Source: Nitrospirota bacterium
Lineage (GTDB): Bacteria; Nitrospirota; UBA9217
NCBI GenBank assembly: GCA_963796285.1
Contig: CAWCKW010000013.1
Location: forward strand, 128,001 to 192,000
DNA: 64,000 bases
Direction: 5' to 3'
Under the pieces are notes generated by a model that worked only from the letters and a program-made list of their open reading frames with translations, had not been told where the DNA came from and did no database searches. The position numbers and the translations under genes are program-made. This document shows, piece by piece, positions 42,617-53,258 of the stretch (the first letter of the stretch is position 1; each line of letters starts with the position of its first letter).

Positions 42617-43301
42617 TCACGGCCTGAAAAATCCCTTATAAAACTTCATGGCTCTCTCTTGGTACGCGTTGAATATTCTTTTCGATTCCGCTGTAATGGT
42701 AGCAACATCGACCCCCTGCTCCTGTGCCAACCAGTCCCGGACGATAGCGGGAGTTACTTCGATATGGAACTGGAGCGCATACACCCGGTCGGTATACCGG
42801 AATGCCTGGTTCGGGAAGAGGTCGGACGATCGCGAGACGCACCGCACCGCGCGGCAGGTCAAAGGTGTCCCCGTGCCACTGGAACACCTGTGCGGCATTC
42901 CTGTCGGGAAGGGTAAGGGCGGACATGAGATGGTCTCTCGTCCCGTCAGGGCTCAGCGCCACCTCGTACCAGCCGATCTCTTTCTGCTGTCCGGGATAGA
43001 CCTTTGCACCCAGCACATGCGCCACCATCTGCGCGCCAAGACATACGCCGAGTACATGTTTGTTCGCCTTGATCGAGCGATCGATGAACAGCGCCTCGTT
43101 GACGAGATAGGGATGTTGCTGCATCTCATACACCGCCATGGGGCCGCCCATGACGAGGAGGTGGGTGAAGGAATCAAGATCAGGCACTGCATCACCTGTG
43201 CTCATTTCGCAAATGGAATAGGGTATCTTTTCGGAATTGAGAAAATCAGCAATCGTGCCGGGTCCTTCGGAGAAAACATTTTTTATAATAAGAACATGCA
43301 T
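42617..43301 (-). CDS. Type 1 glutamine amidotransferase (frameshift near 42830)
   Basis: MGGPM, LGVCLGAQ, FQWHGDTF; second frame NQAF...ALQFHIE. Confidence 0.88.
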
Positions 43302-43310
43302 GCAAAACCC

Positions 43311-43478
43311 CTATGCGTTCTTCGTAAAAAACAGGAACGCCATCGTCGGCCGTTTGGACGCAGCTGAAGTGACAAACTGGATACTCTCGAAGACATACCC
43401 CTTTGCCGTCCACTCGTTCAGGGTCCGCTCGATCTCTTCATCGGTCACTGTACTGATTTCAACGACCTTGTAATTCAT
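43311..43478 (-). CDS. Small DUF4177-like protein
   Basis: MNYKVVE...IERTLNEWTAKGY...FLFF pattern. Confidence 0.7.
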   Translation of the reverse strand: MNYKVVEISTVTDEEIERTLNEWTAKGYVFESIQFVTSAASKRPTMAFLFFTKNA

Positions 43479-43579
43479 GGCTGCATTATAAGAAAGCATG
43501 CATCATTTTTCAATATTTTTTCGATGAACGCGAAAAATTTCCTGTTGCTATTCATGGTCAGAGTCAATATAATCTGCCC

Positions 43580-44768
43580 ATGCTGAAACAGAAAAAAGGG
43601 ACGCGCACCGGCCTTGATCTCATCGACACGCTCTGGCCCGGTGACCTCAGGGGCGCGCGCGTCGGGCTTGTGGTGCATCCCGCCTCGGTCAACAGCAGAC
43701 TGGAGCACGCAATCACCGTCTGCATGCGATCGAGGAAGTTCAAGCTCGCCGCGCTTTTCGGACCCCAGCACGGCATCCTCGGTCAGACGCAGGACAACAT
43801 GGTCGAGTGGGAAGGTTTCCGCGACCCCGGTACGGGCCTGCCGGCATACAGCCTTTACGGAAAAACGCGCAAACCCCGGTCAGAGATGCTCGCTCAATAT
43901 TGATGCGCTTGTGATCGACCTGCAGGACGCGGGCAGCCGCTACTATACCTTCATCTGGACGCTGGAGCTCTGCATGCAGGCCTGCCGTGAGGCAGGCAAA
44001 ACGATCATCGTGCTCGACCGTCCGAATCCCCTTGCCGGCCATGTCACCGAAGGACCGGTGCTCGACCCCAAATTCGCATCGTTCGTTGGGCTGCGGCCAA
44101 TGCCGGTGCGGCATGGCATGACCATCGGCGAAGTGGGCGCATACCTTCGCGACACCTTCTCTCCCGATCTCGATTATCGCGTCATCCCGATGCAGGGATG
44201 GAAGCGAAAGATGTGGTTCGATCAGACGCGACTGCCCTGGGTCATGCCGTCTCCCAATATGCCGACACTCGATACTGCGCTCGTCTATCCCGGCATGTGC
44301 CTGTTCGAGGCCACGAATATCTCGGAAGGCCGCGGAACGACACGGCCGTTCGAACTCTTCGGCTCCCCGTTCATCCATCCGGCAACTCTGGTGGCCGTGC
44401 TCAAGGAATTCAAGCTTCCCGGCGTGCTGTTCCGGCCGCTCTCGTTCCAGCCCACGTTCCAGAAGCATGCGGGCCGGCTCTGCGGAGGCGCGCAGGTCCA
44501 TGTTTTGGACCGCGAGAAGTTCAAGCCGTTCAAGACCGGCGTGGCGATCCTAAAAGCGATCCACAACACCTACCCGCGGGATTTCGCGTGGAACCAGCCG
44601 CCTTACGAGTACGAGGAGGTCAACCTCCCGATCGACATCCTTGCAGGCTCCAGTCGGCTGCGAAAGGACATCGAATCATGGAAAGACCTCGATGAAATGG
44701 AAAAATGGTGGAAAAAAGAGGCGAAGGCGTTTGATAAGGTAAGAAGGAAATTCCTGATATACGAATAA
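43580..44768 (+). CDS. namZ: Exo-beta-N-acetylmuramidase NamZ family (DUF1343; frameshift near 43895)
   Basis: LFGPQHG, YSLYG, DLQDAGSRYYTF, DRPNP, RHGMTIGE, PSPNMP, SEGRGTTRPFE. Confidence 0.88.
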
Positions 44769-44770
44769 TA

Positions 44771-44878
44771 GTCTCGCAGATACGCAGAGGATTGCGTGGT
44801 AATGCATTGGGTTTTAACACCAAAAAAAGAATTTGATGTTGCCGTTCTCTGCGCCCCCTGCGCCTCTGCGAGAGACAG
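44771..44878. repeat. Palindromic element with 8/9-nt-unit arms
   Basis: Left gtctcgcagatacgcagag; right ctctgcgccccctgcgcctctgcgagagac. Confidence 0.65.
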
Positions 44879-44886
44879 CTTCTAGC

Positions 44887-45957
44887 ATGCCCAAATTCCC
44901 GATCAACATATTCCTCCCCGCAGCCGGACTCGGCGAGCGGCTCAGGCCGATCACGAACCACCTGCCCAAACCGCTGCTGCCAGTCCTCGGCAAGCCGCTG
45001 ATCGAGATCATCCTCGAACGCGTTACGGCCGTCTGCGATGGGAAAATCGGCATCAACCTCCATTACAAACCAGAGCTTCTGCGAAACTGGGCACAGGCAT
45101 CCGCTTACACTGACCGCATCCGGTTCTTCCCCGAAGACCCGATCCTCGGTACTGGCGGCGCGCTCAAGAACGCCGCAGAGCTCCTGTCAACCGGCCCATT
45201 CCTGGTGCACAACTCGGACATTCTTCTCGATATCGACTTTGAACGCGTGATCGATGCCCATCTCACATCAGGAAACATCGCCACACTCGTGACGCATAAA
45301 CATCCGAAGTACAGCAACGTGGTGGTGGATGAACATGACCTTCTGCTTGACGTAGAAAATCCAGGGGATTCCCGACCAGACCCGAACACCGTTGCCGGAA
45401 AAGTCGCTTACACGGGCATTGCCGTCTATTCTCCGGATATCCTAAAATTCCTGCCTCCCGGCGTGTCCCACATGACCGTGGCCTGGGTCGCAGCCGCGAA
45501 AGCCGGGCATCGGGTACAGGCGCTCGACGTTACCGGTGCTTATTGGAATGACATCGGCACGCCGGCATCGTATGCCGCGGGCGTGTTCGATGCCTTGAGG
45601 GAAAACGGGGAAACCGTTTATCTGTCCCCGACTGCTGAATGCGGAAAGATCGGCATAGACGGCTATATCGTGATCGAATCGGGAAGCGAGGTCCAGGACG
45701 GGGCGCGGCTCCGAAACTGCATCGTGATGTCCGATGCGCGGGTCTCAGGCAGACACGAAAACCGCATCATCGGTCCGGACTATGCCATCGATCTCAAGGA
45801 AACAGAGATGCAGCCATCGCTCCACAGCCGGGAGCAAAAGAAGGTCGCGCTGAACGACCCGCTGTTTGCCGCTTACTTCGGTTTGAACGAGCAGGCAGTC
45901 AATGCCGGCGAGGACAGAGTTGGCGGATGCGGCCCTGATCGGCCTCGGCGGCTCTGA
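44887..45957 (+). CDS. Sugar-phosphate nucleotidyltransferase (MurU-like); possibly fused to the next ORF
   Basis: PAAGLGERLRPITNHLPKPL, LGTGGAL, HNSDI, YTGI, WNDIGTP. Confidence 0.85.
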   Translation: MPKFPINIFLPAAGLGERLRPITNHLPKPLLPVLGKPLIEIILERVTAVCDGKIGINLHYKPELLRNWAQASAYTDRIRFFPEDPILGTGGALKNAAELLSTGPFLVHNSDILLDIDFERVIDAHLTSGNIATLVTHKHPKYSNVVVDEHDLLLDVENPGDSRPDPNTVAGKVAYTGIAVYSPDILKFLPPGVSHMTVAWVAAAKAGHRVQALDVTGAYWNDIGTPASYAAGVFDALRENGETVYLSPTAECGKIGIDGYIVIESGSEVQDGARLRNCIVMSDARVSGRHENRIIGPDYAIDLKETEMQPSLHSREQKKVALNDPLFAAYFGLNEQAVNAGEDRVGGCGPDRPRRL

Positions 45958-46855
45958 CAGGCGTTACTTCCGCGTGCGGAATGACGGAAAAACGGCGGTG
46001 CTCATGGAGTGCAGGCCCGACGATCCGGATTACGAACGCCACCTCATCTATACCCGATTCCTCGAGGCCCATTCCGTCCCGGTGCCGGGACTCATTGCCT
46101 TCGTCGATGATGAGAAACGCGCCCTCTTCGAAGACCTCGGCGACACCAGTCTCTACTCATACCTGAAGCTTCCCCATGACAACGGACATATCGAGGACAT
46201 TTATCGAAGCGTGCTCGATATCCTGGTCATGCTCCACAGCCGGGTCACCCAGCATATCCATGAATGTCCCCTGCTCCGGGACCGCGTCTTTGGTTATGAC
46301 TATCTGAGATGGGAAACAAGCTATTTTCTCGATCGGTTCGTTACCGGACTCCAAAAGGTAGTGCCGAAGAACAGGCCGGCGCTGGAGCAGGAATTTCATA
46401 GCCTCGCGCAGAAGGTTGACACCTATCCCAAGGGAGTGATCCATCGAGACTTCCAATGCCAGAACATCATGATCACACCCGGCGGTATTCCCCGGGTCAT
46501 CGATTTTCAGGGCGCGAGAATGGCTCCTGCTGCATACGATGTCGCCTCGATCCTCTGGGACCCCTACCACCGGCTCGACGATGGTGTTCGTGAACATTTG
46601 ATCGATTATTACGTGGGTGAGATGAAGCGGAATTCAGCGGACTTTCAGGAGGCATTATTCAGAGAGAGCCTTATCCCCTGCCGCCTGCAGCGCCATATGC
46701 AGGCACTCGGCGCATACGGATTTCTGTCCGTTGTGAAAGGGAAGAAGTATTTCCTCAAGTACATCCCCGAAGCGCTCAGACTGCTTAAGGAAGAAACAAC
46801 TGCAACAAAAAACGACTACCCGGAACTCTACAAACTCGTCCAAGGCTTGTCGTAA
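45902..46855 (+). CDS. Aminoglycoside-phosphotransferase-family kinase (AmgK-like)
   Basis: GGSDRRYFR, FEDLGD, IHRDFQCQNIM, IDFQGAR, YDVASILWDPY, QRHMQALGAYGFL. Confidence 0.85.
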   Translation: MPARTELADAALIGLGGSDRRYFRVRNDGKTAVLMECRPDDPDYERHLIYTRFLEAHSVPVPGLIAFVDDEKRALFEDLGDTSLYSYLKLPHDNGHIEDIYRSVLDILVMLHSRVTQHIHECPLLRDRVFGYDYLRWETSYFLDRFVTGLQKVVPKNRPALEQEFHSLAQKVDTYPKGVIHRDFQCQNIMITPGGIPRVIDFQGARMAPAAYDVASILWDPYHRLDDGVREHLIDYYVGEMKRNSADFQEALFRESLIPCRLQRHMQALGAYGFLSVVKGKKYFLKYIPEALRLLKEETTATKNDYPELYKLVQGLS

Positions 46856-46857
46856 AT

Positions 46858-47094
46858 TTACAACGCGCCTTTTGCCTTCAATGCCTTCTCAATTGCGGCG
46901 ATCTGCTCGTTATGCCGTTTGCAATCTTCCTCGTATTCAGCCGCCATATTCTGAGCCTTCTCCGCGCCGATGTGCACCGAGGTCTTGCCGAAGGTGAACG
47001 AGTGCAGGTCCTCAATGTCACAAAGGTTGTCCTTGAGCCGTTTGAGCTCGGCCTTGAGTTCATCGATTGACATGTCTTCGTATTTCTTAGCCAT
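46858..47094 (-). CDS. Small coiled-coil hypothetical protein
   Basis: Clean 78-aa ORF with coding-like composition. Confidence 0.7.
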   Translation of the reverse strand: MAKKYEDMSIDELKAELKRLKDNLCDIEDLHSFTFGKTSVHIGAEKAQNMAAEYEEDCKRHNEQIAAIEKALKAKGAL

Positions 47095-47122
47095 AAGAAT
47101 CAACCCCCAAAAAAATTTTAGT

Positions 47123-47204
47123 TTACCGCTGAGACACAGAGAACGCAGAGAAAATCCTTACTATTTAAAAGTGCATTCTCCGTGTCTCTGCGTCTCTGCG
47201 GTAA
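47123..47204. repeat. Palindromic element with 8/9-nt-unit arms
   Basis: Left ttaccgctgagacacagagaacgcagagaa; right ttctccgtgtctctgcgtctctgcggtaa. Confidence 0.8.
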
Positions 47205-47215
47205 ATTATGACTTT

Positions 47216-48640
47216 TTACGAGTTTATCAAGCTTTTAAGATATTCAATCGCTGCCTGTCGATCCTTCAGCGCGCCCGCAGCCTGTTTTTCTTTGATCTCT
47301 TCCAGGATCTCCCGGAACTTCGGCCCCGGCTTTAAACCACGATCGATCAGGTCCCGCCCGGTCACGAGCGGCCTGGCCTCGACCTTCAGGAACTTTGTAA
47401 AGTAGTAATCCAGCACCAGTGCCATAGGCTGCGTCGTGTCTGTAAACTTCTCCTTCGGCATGATCTCGAAGGTCGCGCGCGCGTCCGCCTGTGCGAGGAC
47501 CAGGCTTTCCGGCAGGCAGTCTCCGAGGTCCCGGCAGTAGCGGTACATGGCATTCTTGCTCGGCCCGCCCGGAGTGGACAGATTGAACAACCGCATGTGC
47601 TGTTTGATGACCTTCGTGACCGCCTTCTCCGTGTCTCGCGACAGCCGGAATCGTTTGCAGATAGATGCCGCCTTTTCAGCACCGAGATTATCGTGTCCGT
47701 GGAAACGAATATGGTCATCGGCCTTGCTGAAGGTCTCGGGCTTTGCATTATCATGGACCAGGCAGGCGAACCGGAGAGCTGCCTTGCGAGGGACATGCTG
47801 TTCAAGGTCCTTCTCAAGGTGTGCGCGGACCGTCTCGCCATGGTCAGGCGATATGGTCAGCAGATCGTCAAGCACGCTATCTATATAACCGGCGGTCTTG
47901 ATGGAATGGGTCAGTACATCGTGAACGTGATACCTGCCTGGTGCGAACCCGCGAAGAGGTTCGAGCTCTGGGAACAGCGGTGTAAGCAAACCAAGGGAAT
48001 CCATAAGCATGAGGTGCTTTTCGGCATTTCGCTCTGAGAGGATCAAAAAGAGTTCGTCCCGCACACGTTCAGGGGAGGGCTTGCTGATGAGCTTTGAACG
48101 TTTCCGGATCTGCTGTGCAGAGTCATCTTCTATGGTGAATCCCAGTGTTGCCGCGAACCTCACCGCGCGCAAAAGCCTGAGCGGGTCTTCATCTAGCACC
48201 GCGGGTTTCGTCACGCGTATCAGTTTATTCCGTACGTCTTCCCTCCCATGAAACAAGTCGATCAGACCGTCGAAGGTTCTCTTCCGGATGAATTCCCGTA
48301 AATCCAACGCCATGGCATTGATGGTAAAATCACGACGTCCGAGATCGGCAGCAAGATCAGTTCCTTCGAAGTTCGTGAAGTCGAACTGAATGACATCATG
48401 GTCTGCCTGCTTGACCACGCGTGTGATCTTCCGTTCTTCATCGAGAAAGAAAAAGCTTGCGCCGATCACCTCGGCAAATCTGCGCGCCACATTCTCCGAG
48501 CCAGAGGCAATGAGGAGGTCAATGTCCTTGATCTCCTGCTTACCGATCAGCAGGTCACGGACTGAACCACCTACGAGGTAGATCTTTTGCGGGGTGAGAG
48601 AAGGAAGGTCTGAAAGATATGTTCCGAAAGGAGCATTCAT
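47216..48640 (-). CDS. tRNA nucleotidyltransferase/poly(A) polymerase family protein with HD domain
   Basis: VGGSVRD, DID, DLGRRDFTINAMA, EDPLRLLRAVRF, HDNAKP, FHGHD. Confidence 0.9.
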   Translation of the reverse strand: MNAPFGTYLSDLPSLTPQKIYLVGGSVRDLLIGKQEIKDIDLLIASGSENVARRFAEVIGASFFFLDEERKITRVVKQADHDVIQFDFTNFEGTDLAADLGRRDFTINAMALDLREFIRKRTFDGLIDLFHGREDVRNKLIRVTKPAVLDEDPLRLLRAVRFAATLGFTIEDDSAQQIRKRSKLISKPSPERVRDELFLILSERNAEKHLMLMDSLGLLTPLFPELEPLRGFAPGRYHVHDVLTHSIKTAGYIDSVLDDLLTISPDHGETVRAHLEKDLEQHVPRKAALRFACLVHDNAKPETFSKADDHIRFHGHDNLGAEKAASICKRFRLSRDTEKAVTKVIKQHMRLFNLSTPGGPSKNAMYRYCRDLGDCLPESLVLAQADARATFEIMPKEKFTDTTQPMALVLDYYFTKFLKVEARPLVTGRDLIDRGLKPGPKFREILEEIKEKQAAGALKDRQAAIEYLKSLINS

Positions 48641-48677
48641 GGCTGAAGATAATTATACATGATGACGGGGCTGCGCG

Positions 48678-49370
48678 TCACGCATCTGATGTCTTTTCTG
48701 CGACATCCTCACCGGTGACCTTCCTGATCTGCTTCAACCGTTTCCGCCGCTCTTCCCGGGTAACATACCAGTCCTCAATGAGCGTCTCGATCAGACCGAT
48801 CAACAGCTCTGCCTCGCCGGGCTCCGTGTCCAGGATTTCAGCGCCATCGCTCTCCATGCGGGTCCCGGTCATTCCGCTCTTCCTGATGGACTCGATGGCC
48901 TCCCAGGTAAGGGGGTCTACCGTGCCTTTGATCTGACGGAACTCATCGTTCAGACTGCCGGGCTGGACTTGCCAGTAATCCCGTATCATCGCCGAGAGAC
49001 AGCGCCGTGACAGGGCCGCTGCGACCTTTGGGCTGAGCTCGATCGTGAGACAGGCCTCCTGGTAGTCTTGCAGAACATGCTGAGGAATGGCAACAGAAAA
49101 GGACCGGGCATGCGACGGCGGGACAAGGTTCCATGTCTTGAGGTGCTTTCCCGTGTAGGATCGGTTTCCGCTGACTTCCAGGCCGTGAAGAGAAGCGCTC
49201 AGTGAGAATTTTCCACACTCGGGATTGGGGCACACTACAAACTTGCTCACCAGACGGCGGGGGCCATCTGCGTTCGGCAGGGTGAGGTCGGCGAAGGCCA
49301 CTTGCCGTCCCTCTTCGGTCACGGTCTGCTCCCTGTTGCAGTAGGGGCAGTACCAGAGATATTCGCTCAT
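48678..49370 (-). CDS. DUF4145-domain protein with N-terminal Zn ribbon
   Basis: CPYC...CPNPEC; DYQEACL...SPKVAAALSRRCL..MIRDYW. Confidence 0.75.
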   Translation of the reverse strand: MSEYLWYCPYCNREQTVTEEGRQVAFADLTLPNADGPRRLVSKFVVCPNPECGKFSLSASLHGLEVSGNRSYTGKHLKTWNLVPPSHARSFSVAIPQHVLQDYQEACLTIELSPKVAAALSRRCLSAMIRDYWQVQPGSLNDEFRQIKGTVDPLTWEAIESIRKSGMTGTRMESDGAEILDTEPGEAELLIGLIETLIEDWYVTREERRKRLKQIRKVTGEDVAEKTSDA

Positions 49371-49400
49371 GTTTCCCTCCTTGAGCCTGGACCACTCATC

Positions 49401-50105
49401 TCATATTTCAGATAGTCTTTTTGTTGCCCTCGCTATTTCCGCAAGGACTGATAGCGCATGCTCTTCCAATCCTTGTTCTCTGATCCTGTCCCTGTTCGTT
49501 TCAAAATACGCATTAAGGCCCTCAATTTTTTTCAGCAACTCTTCTCTTATACTTTTAATCTCTTTATCATCGCTATGTTTTTTAAAGTAGGCAGTATGTA
49601 ACGCCGACATGGCCTTGATTAATTCACTTGTTGCCGACTCAAGCATTGTCTTATTCTTCGGTCTTTCCCCCTGGCAGCATTGCATCATTGCTTCGATTGC
49701 ATCCAGGCACTCGGTGAATAGGGTCTTTGCCTGATTTCTCATGCTTTTTCGTTCGAGATACTCCATGTTGTCTGCAATATAATCCTCATTATTTTCTTTT
49801 TGTGCCGCCTCTTTATTTATATTGATCTTTTCTGTCAACTGCCCCATCTTTTTCTTTATATCTTCCCTGATCCTGATGGCCGCTTCCGCATATTCGCCTT
49901 GAGCGATGATAGCGTCTAATTGTGCAGAAACAACCTTGACCTGTTTTACTATTTCCTGATAGCGGGCCAGCTTAGGATAGTTTTCTCTATTTTCAGCGTC
50001 TATTATGGTACTAATTGCCGATGCTTCGGCGGGTATTCTAAAAGGTGTCTTTTCCCCCCCGACTTTTTTTCCAAAGCCAAAGATATCTGCAATGCCCATA
50101 TCCAC
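49401..50105 (-). CDS. Hypothetical alpha-helical protein (AT-richer than neighbours)
   Basis: 234-aa ORF co-oriented after aroB; no recognisable motif. Confidence 0.65.
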   Translation of the reverse strand: MDMGIADIFGFGKKVGGEKTPFRIPAEASAISTIIDAENRENYPKLARYQEIVKQVKVVSAQLDAIIAQGEYAEAAIRIREDIKKKMGQLTEKININKEAAQKENNEDYIADNMEYLERKSMRNQAKTLFTECLDAIEAMMQCCQGERPKNKTMLESATSELIKAMSALHTAYFKKHSDDKEIKSIREELLKKIEGLNAYFETNRDRIREQGLEEHALSVLAEIARATKRLSEI

Positions 50106-50132
50106 CCATCCTATTCCAACAGACTACCGTAA

Positions 50133-51215
50133 TTACCTCTCCAGCAGGCCCCTCAGCAAACCTTCATCCCACTCCTTCGTGATGACAACCTCTCCGATCT
50201 TCATCGGCAGAACAAGCTTCACTTTGCCGCCCTCAGCCTTCTTGTCGATCTGCATCGTGTCCGTTAATTCTGCAACGGAGGGCCTTCGACTGAGGGTGTT
50301 GAAGTCGGCAGGCAGGCCGTAGGACGTGATAAGTTTCTCCACGCGCCCCGGGACCGAGGCATCGCACAAGCCCGTCTTGTGCGCGAGGCGCGAGGCGTAG
50401 ACCATGCCGATGGCGACGGCATGGCCGTGGCGCATGGTATAATTTTCAGCCTTCTCGATGGCATGCCCGACCGTGTGGCCATAATTCAGGATCGCGCGGA
50501 GACCGCCCTCCCGTTCGTCCCTGCTCACGACCTCGGCCTTAATCTCACAGGAGCGCCGAATGACGTGCTCCAGCGCATCGGGATCGAGCGCGAGGATCTT
50601 TTCCCGGTTCTTGTCGAGGTATTCGAAGAACGCTGCGTCCCGGATCACGCCGTACTTGATCACCTCCGCCATGCCCGAGAGGAACTCTTCTTTCGGCAGG
50701 GACGCGAGCACGCTCAGATCCATTAAAACCTTCCTCGGCTGATGGAACGCGCCGATCATGTTCTTGGCCATGGGATGGTTCACCCCTGTCTTGCCGCCCA
50801 CGCTGCTGTCCACCATCGCGAGGAGCGTGGTCGGGACCTGCACAAAAGGTACGCCCCGCATGAACGTCGCAGCAGCGAAACCCGTGAGGTCGCCGATCAC
50901 ACCGCCTCCGAGCGCAACCAGCGCGGACGTACGGTCAAAGGCATTGGTCAGGAGCGCCGTATAAATGGCGTTGGCCCAGTCAAGGTTCTTATACTGCTCG
51001 CCATCGGGGACCTCGATGGACATGACCATGAACCCAGCAGCCTTGAGACTGTCCACCACGCGACGGCCATAAAGCTGCTTGACCGTCGGGTTCGTGACAA
51101 GGGCCATCTTCCGGCCGAAGCCGAGGCCCGTCAAGCGCTCGCCCGTTTTCTCCAGTCTTGCGCCGATCTCGATATCGTAGCTCCGGTCGCCAAGACTCAC
51201 CTTAACAGTATGCAT
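50133..51215 (-). CDS. aroB: 3-dehydroquinate synthase
   Basis: GGGVIGDLTGF, PTTLLAMVDSSVGGKTGVN, LNYGHTVGHAIE. Confidence 0.96.
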   Translation of the reverse strand: MHTVKVSLGDRSYDIEIGARLEKTGERLTGLGFGRKMALVTNPTVKQLYGRRVVDSLKAAGFMVMSIEVPDGEQYKNLDWANAIYTALLTNAFDRTSALVALGGGVIGDLTGFAAATFMRGVPFVQVPTTLLAMVDSSVGGKTGVNHPMAKNMIGAFHQPRKVLMDLSVLASLPKEEFLSGMAEVIKYGVIRDAAFFEYLDKNREKILALDPDALEHVIRRSCEIKAEVVSRDEREGGLRAILNYGHTVGHAIEKAENYTMRHGHAVAIGMVYASRLAHKTGLCDASVPGRVEKLITSYGLPADFNTLSRRPSVAELTDTMQIDKKAEGGKVKLVLPMKIGEVVITKEWDEGLLRGLLER

Positions 51216-51717
51216 GTCTGATTCTCTCTTTGATCGCTTTGATGACGTCGCTGACGGATTTTTCGGAAGTGTCAATGCAGGCATCGGCCTGGGCATAGAA
51301 CCGCGCGCGGCTGTCGAGCAGTTCTTTGATCTTCGCTTTCGGGTCCGCGGTCTGGAGCAGGGGCCGGTGGGTCTCGTGCCTGACGCGCTCGTAGATAACC
51401 TCAGGGCTCGCGGTGAGGCAGACTACGAACCCGCCCTTTTTGAAGGCCCCGCGGTTACGGTCCTGGATCACGGCGCCGCCGCCGGTGGAAACCACCTGGC
51501 CCTCGCCCATCATGACCTGCCCGATGATCCTTGCCTCGACCTCGCGAAAGTGGGGTTCGCCGAATTTTGAAAAGATGGAGGTGATCGACAAATTCTGGTC
51601 GGCTTCGATAAGTTTGTCAACGTCCACAAAGGTGAATCCCAGATCCTTTGCGAGCTGCGTGCCCACGCACGTCTTACCTACGCCCATGAAGCCGGTGAGA
51701 ATGATGTTTTTGAACAT
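51202..51717 (-). CDS. aroK: Shikimate kinase
   Basis: GFMGVGKT, GEPHFR, STGGG, RPLL. Confidence 0.95.
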   Translation of the reverse strand: MFKNIILTGFMGVGKTCVGTQLAKDLGFTFVDVDKLIEADQNLSITSIFSKFGEPHFREVEARIIGQVMMGEGQVVSTGGGAVIQDRNRGAFKKGGFVVCLTASPEVIYERVRHETHRPLLQTADPKAKIKELLDSRARFYAQADACIDTSEKSVSDVIKAIKERIRHAYC

Positions 51718-51836
51718 AGTTCTTTACAAATCAATTCCATATACAAAATATTTTATGATGCGGGAAGCTGTCGGTCGCTTCTCTATTATACAATTATTAG
51801 GACGTTGAGCGTTGATATTTGTTCTTTCCCGGAGAA

Positions 51837-53024
51837 CTACTTCCCCTGCTCTTCTTCCACTTCCATCCGCGCCTTCAAATGCCTGTCGTACCCCTGGAAG
51901 TTGCGCTTCATCTCATCGATATTGTCGCCACCGAACTTTTCGATCATGGCGGAGGCGATCTCGCACGCCACTGCCGCCTCTGCCACGATGCCGGCGGCCG
52001 GCACCGCACAAATATCAGAGCGCTCGATGCTCGCCTTGAAGGGCTTCTTGCTTATCATATCCACGGAGCGGAGCGGTTTATACAGCGTGGGGATGGGCTT
52101 CATGGCAGCGCGAAGCGTAATGGTCTCGCCGTTGCTGATCCCGCCCTCGATCCCGCCCGCCAAATTCGTCTTGCGAAAGAAACCTTCCTTTTTGTTCCAG
52201 AAGATCTCATCATGTACCTGGGAACCGGGTTTGTTCGCCGCGCCGAATCCCGCGCCCACCTCTACCCCCTTAATGGCCTGGATGCTCATGAGCGCAGCGG
52301 CGAGCCGGCCGTCGAGCTTCCGGTCCCAGTGCACGTGGCTGCCAAGCCCTATCGGCGCATTGGTAACCAGGACCTCGAACACCCCGCCCAGGGAATCCCC
52401 TGTTGCCCGCGCTTCATCGATCCTGCGCATCATCCGCTTCTCCGCTTCAGGGTCGGCGCAGCGCAATTCGGACGCCTCTGCCCTTTTTTTGATCTCATGA
52501 ACTGACGCCCTCGGGACCTTGGCAAACACATTCCCAATGGAGAGCACATGGCTCACGACCTCGATGCCGAACTCTTCGAGCAGCCGCTTTGCCACAGCAC
52601 CGACCGCAACACGCATGGCCGTCTCACGGGCGCTTGAGCGCTCAAGGATGCTCCGGATGTCCGTACATCCATACTTCATGACGCCTGCCAGGTCCGCGTG
52701 GCCGGGACGGGGACGCGTGACCGGTTCCGCCGAGTTCAGGAACATGGGGTCCGGAGACATCTTGTCCCGCCAGTTCTCCCAGTCCTTGTTGCGGACCATG
52801 AGCCCGATCGGACTGCCTATGGTTCTGCCCCAGCGGACGCCGGTGTAGATCTTGACCGTGTCCTTTTCGATCTTCATACGGCCGCCGCGACCGTACCCCC
52901 CCTGCCTCCTGGCGAGGTCGCGGTCTATGTCCGTCACCCGGATCAAGAGACCCGCCGGCATACCCTCAATGATCCCCATGATAAGTTCGCCGTGCGATTC
53001 ACCGGCAGTTAAAAATCGTAACAT
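51837..53024 (-). CDS. aroC: Chorismate synthase
   Basis: [37 protein letters not shown]. Confidence 0.97.
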   Translation of the reverse strand: MLRFLTAGESHGELIMGIIEGMPAGLLIRVTDIDRDLARRQGGYGRGGRMKIEKDTVKIYTGVRWGRTIGSPIGLMVRNKDWENWRDKMSPDPMFLNSAEPVTRPRPGHADLAGVMKYGCTDIRSILERSSARETAMRVAVGAVAKRLLEEFGIEVVSHVLSIGNVFAKVPRASVHEIKKRAEASELRCADPEAEKRMMRRIDEARATGDSLGGVFEVLVTNAPIGLGSHVHWDRKLDGRLAAALMSIQAIKGVEVGAGFGAANKPGSQVHDEIFWNKKEGFFRKTNLAGGIEGGISNGETITLRAAMKPIPTLYKPLRSVDMISKKPFKASIERSDICAVPAAGIVAEAAVACEIASAMIEKFGGDNIDEMKRNFQGYDRHLKARMEVEEEQGK

Positions 53025-53258
53025 TATCTATTCCCCCTGTAAAAGATCCCCTGCCTATGGCCTCGCGAGCGGTTTTGAAGGCGAAAATACCATAAAATCG
53101 GGCTCATCATAGCAAATTTGCAGTAGAAGTGCAATCAAAAGTATGGTACTATTCGGGGTATTTTCAGGGTATTTTATGGATAATTTGTGTATTTTGGGAT
53201 AAATTCCGACTCCAGATAAAATGTTCATGCCCAAAATAACTGTCATAGGGAGTCCGCT

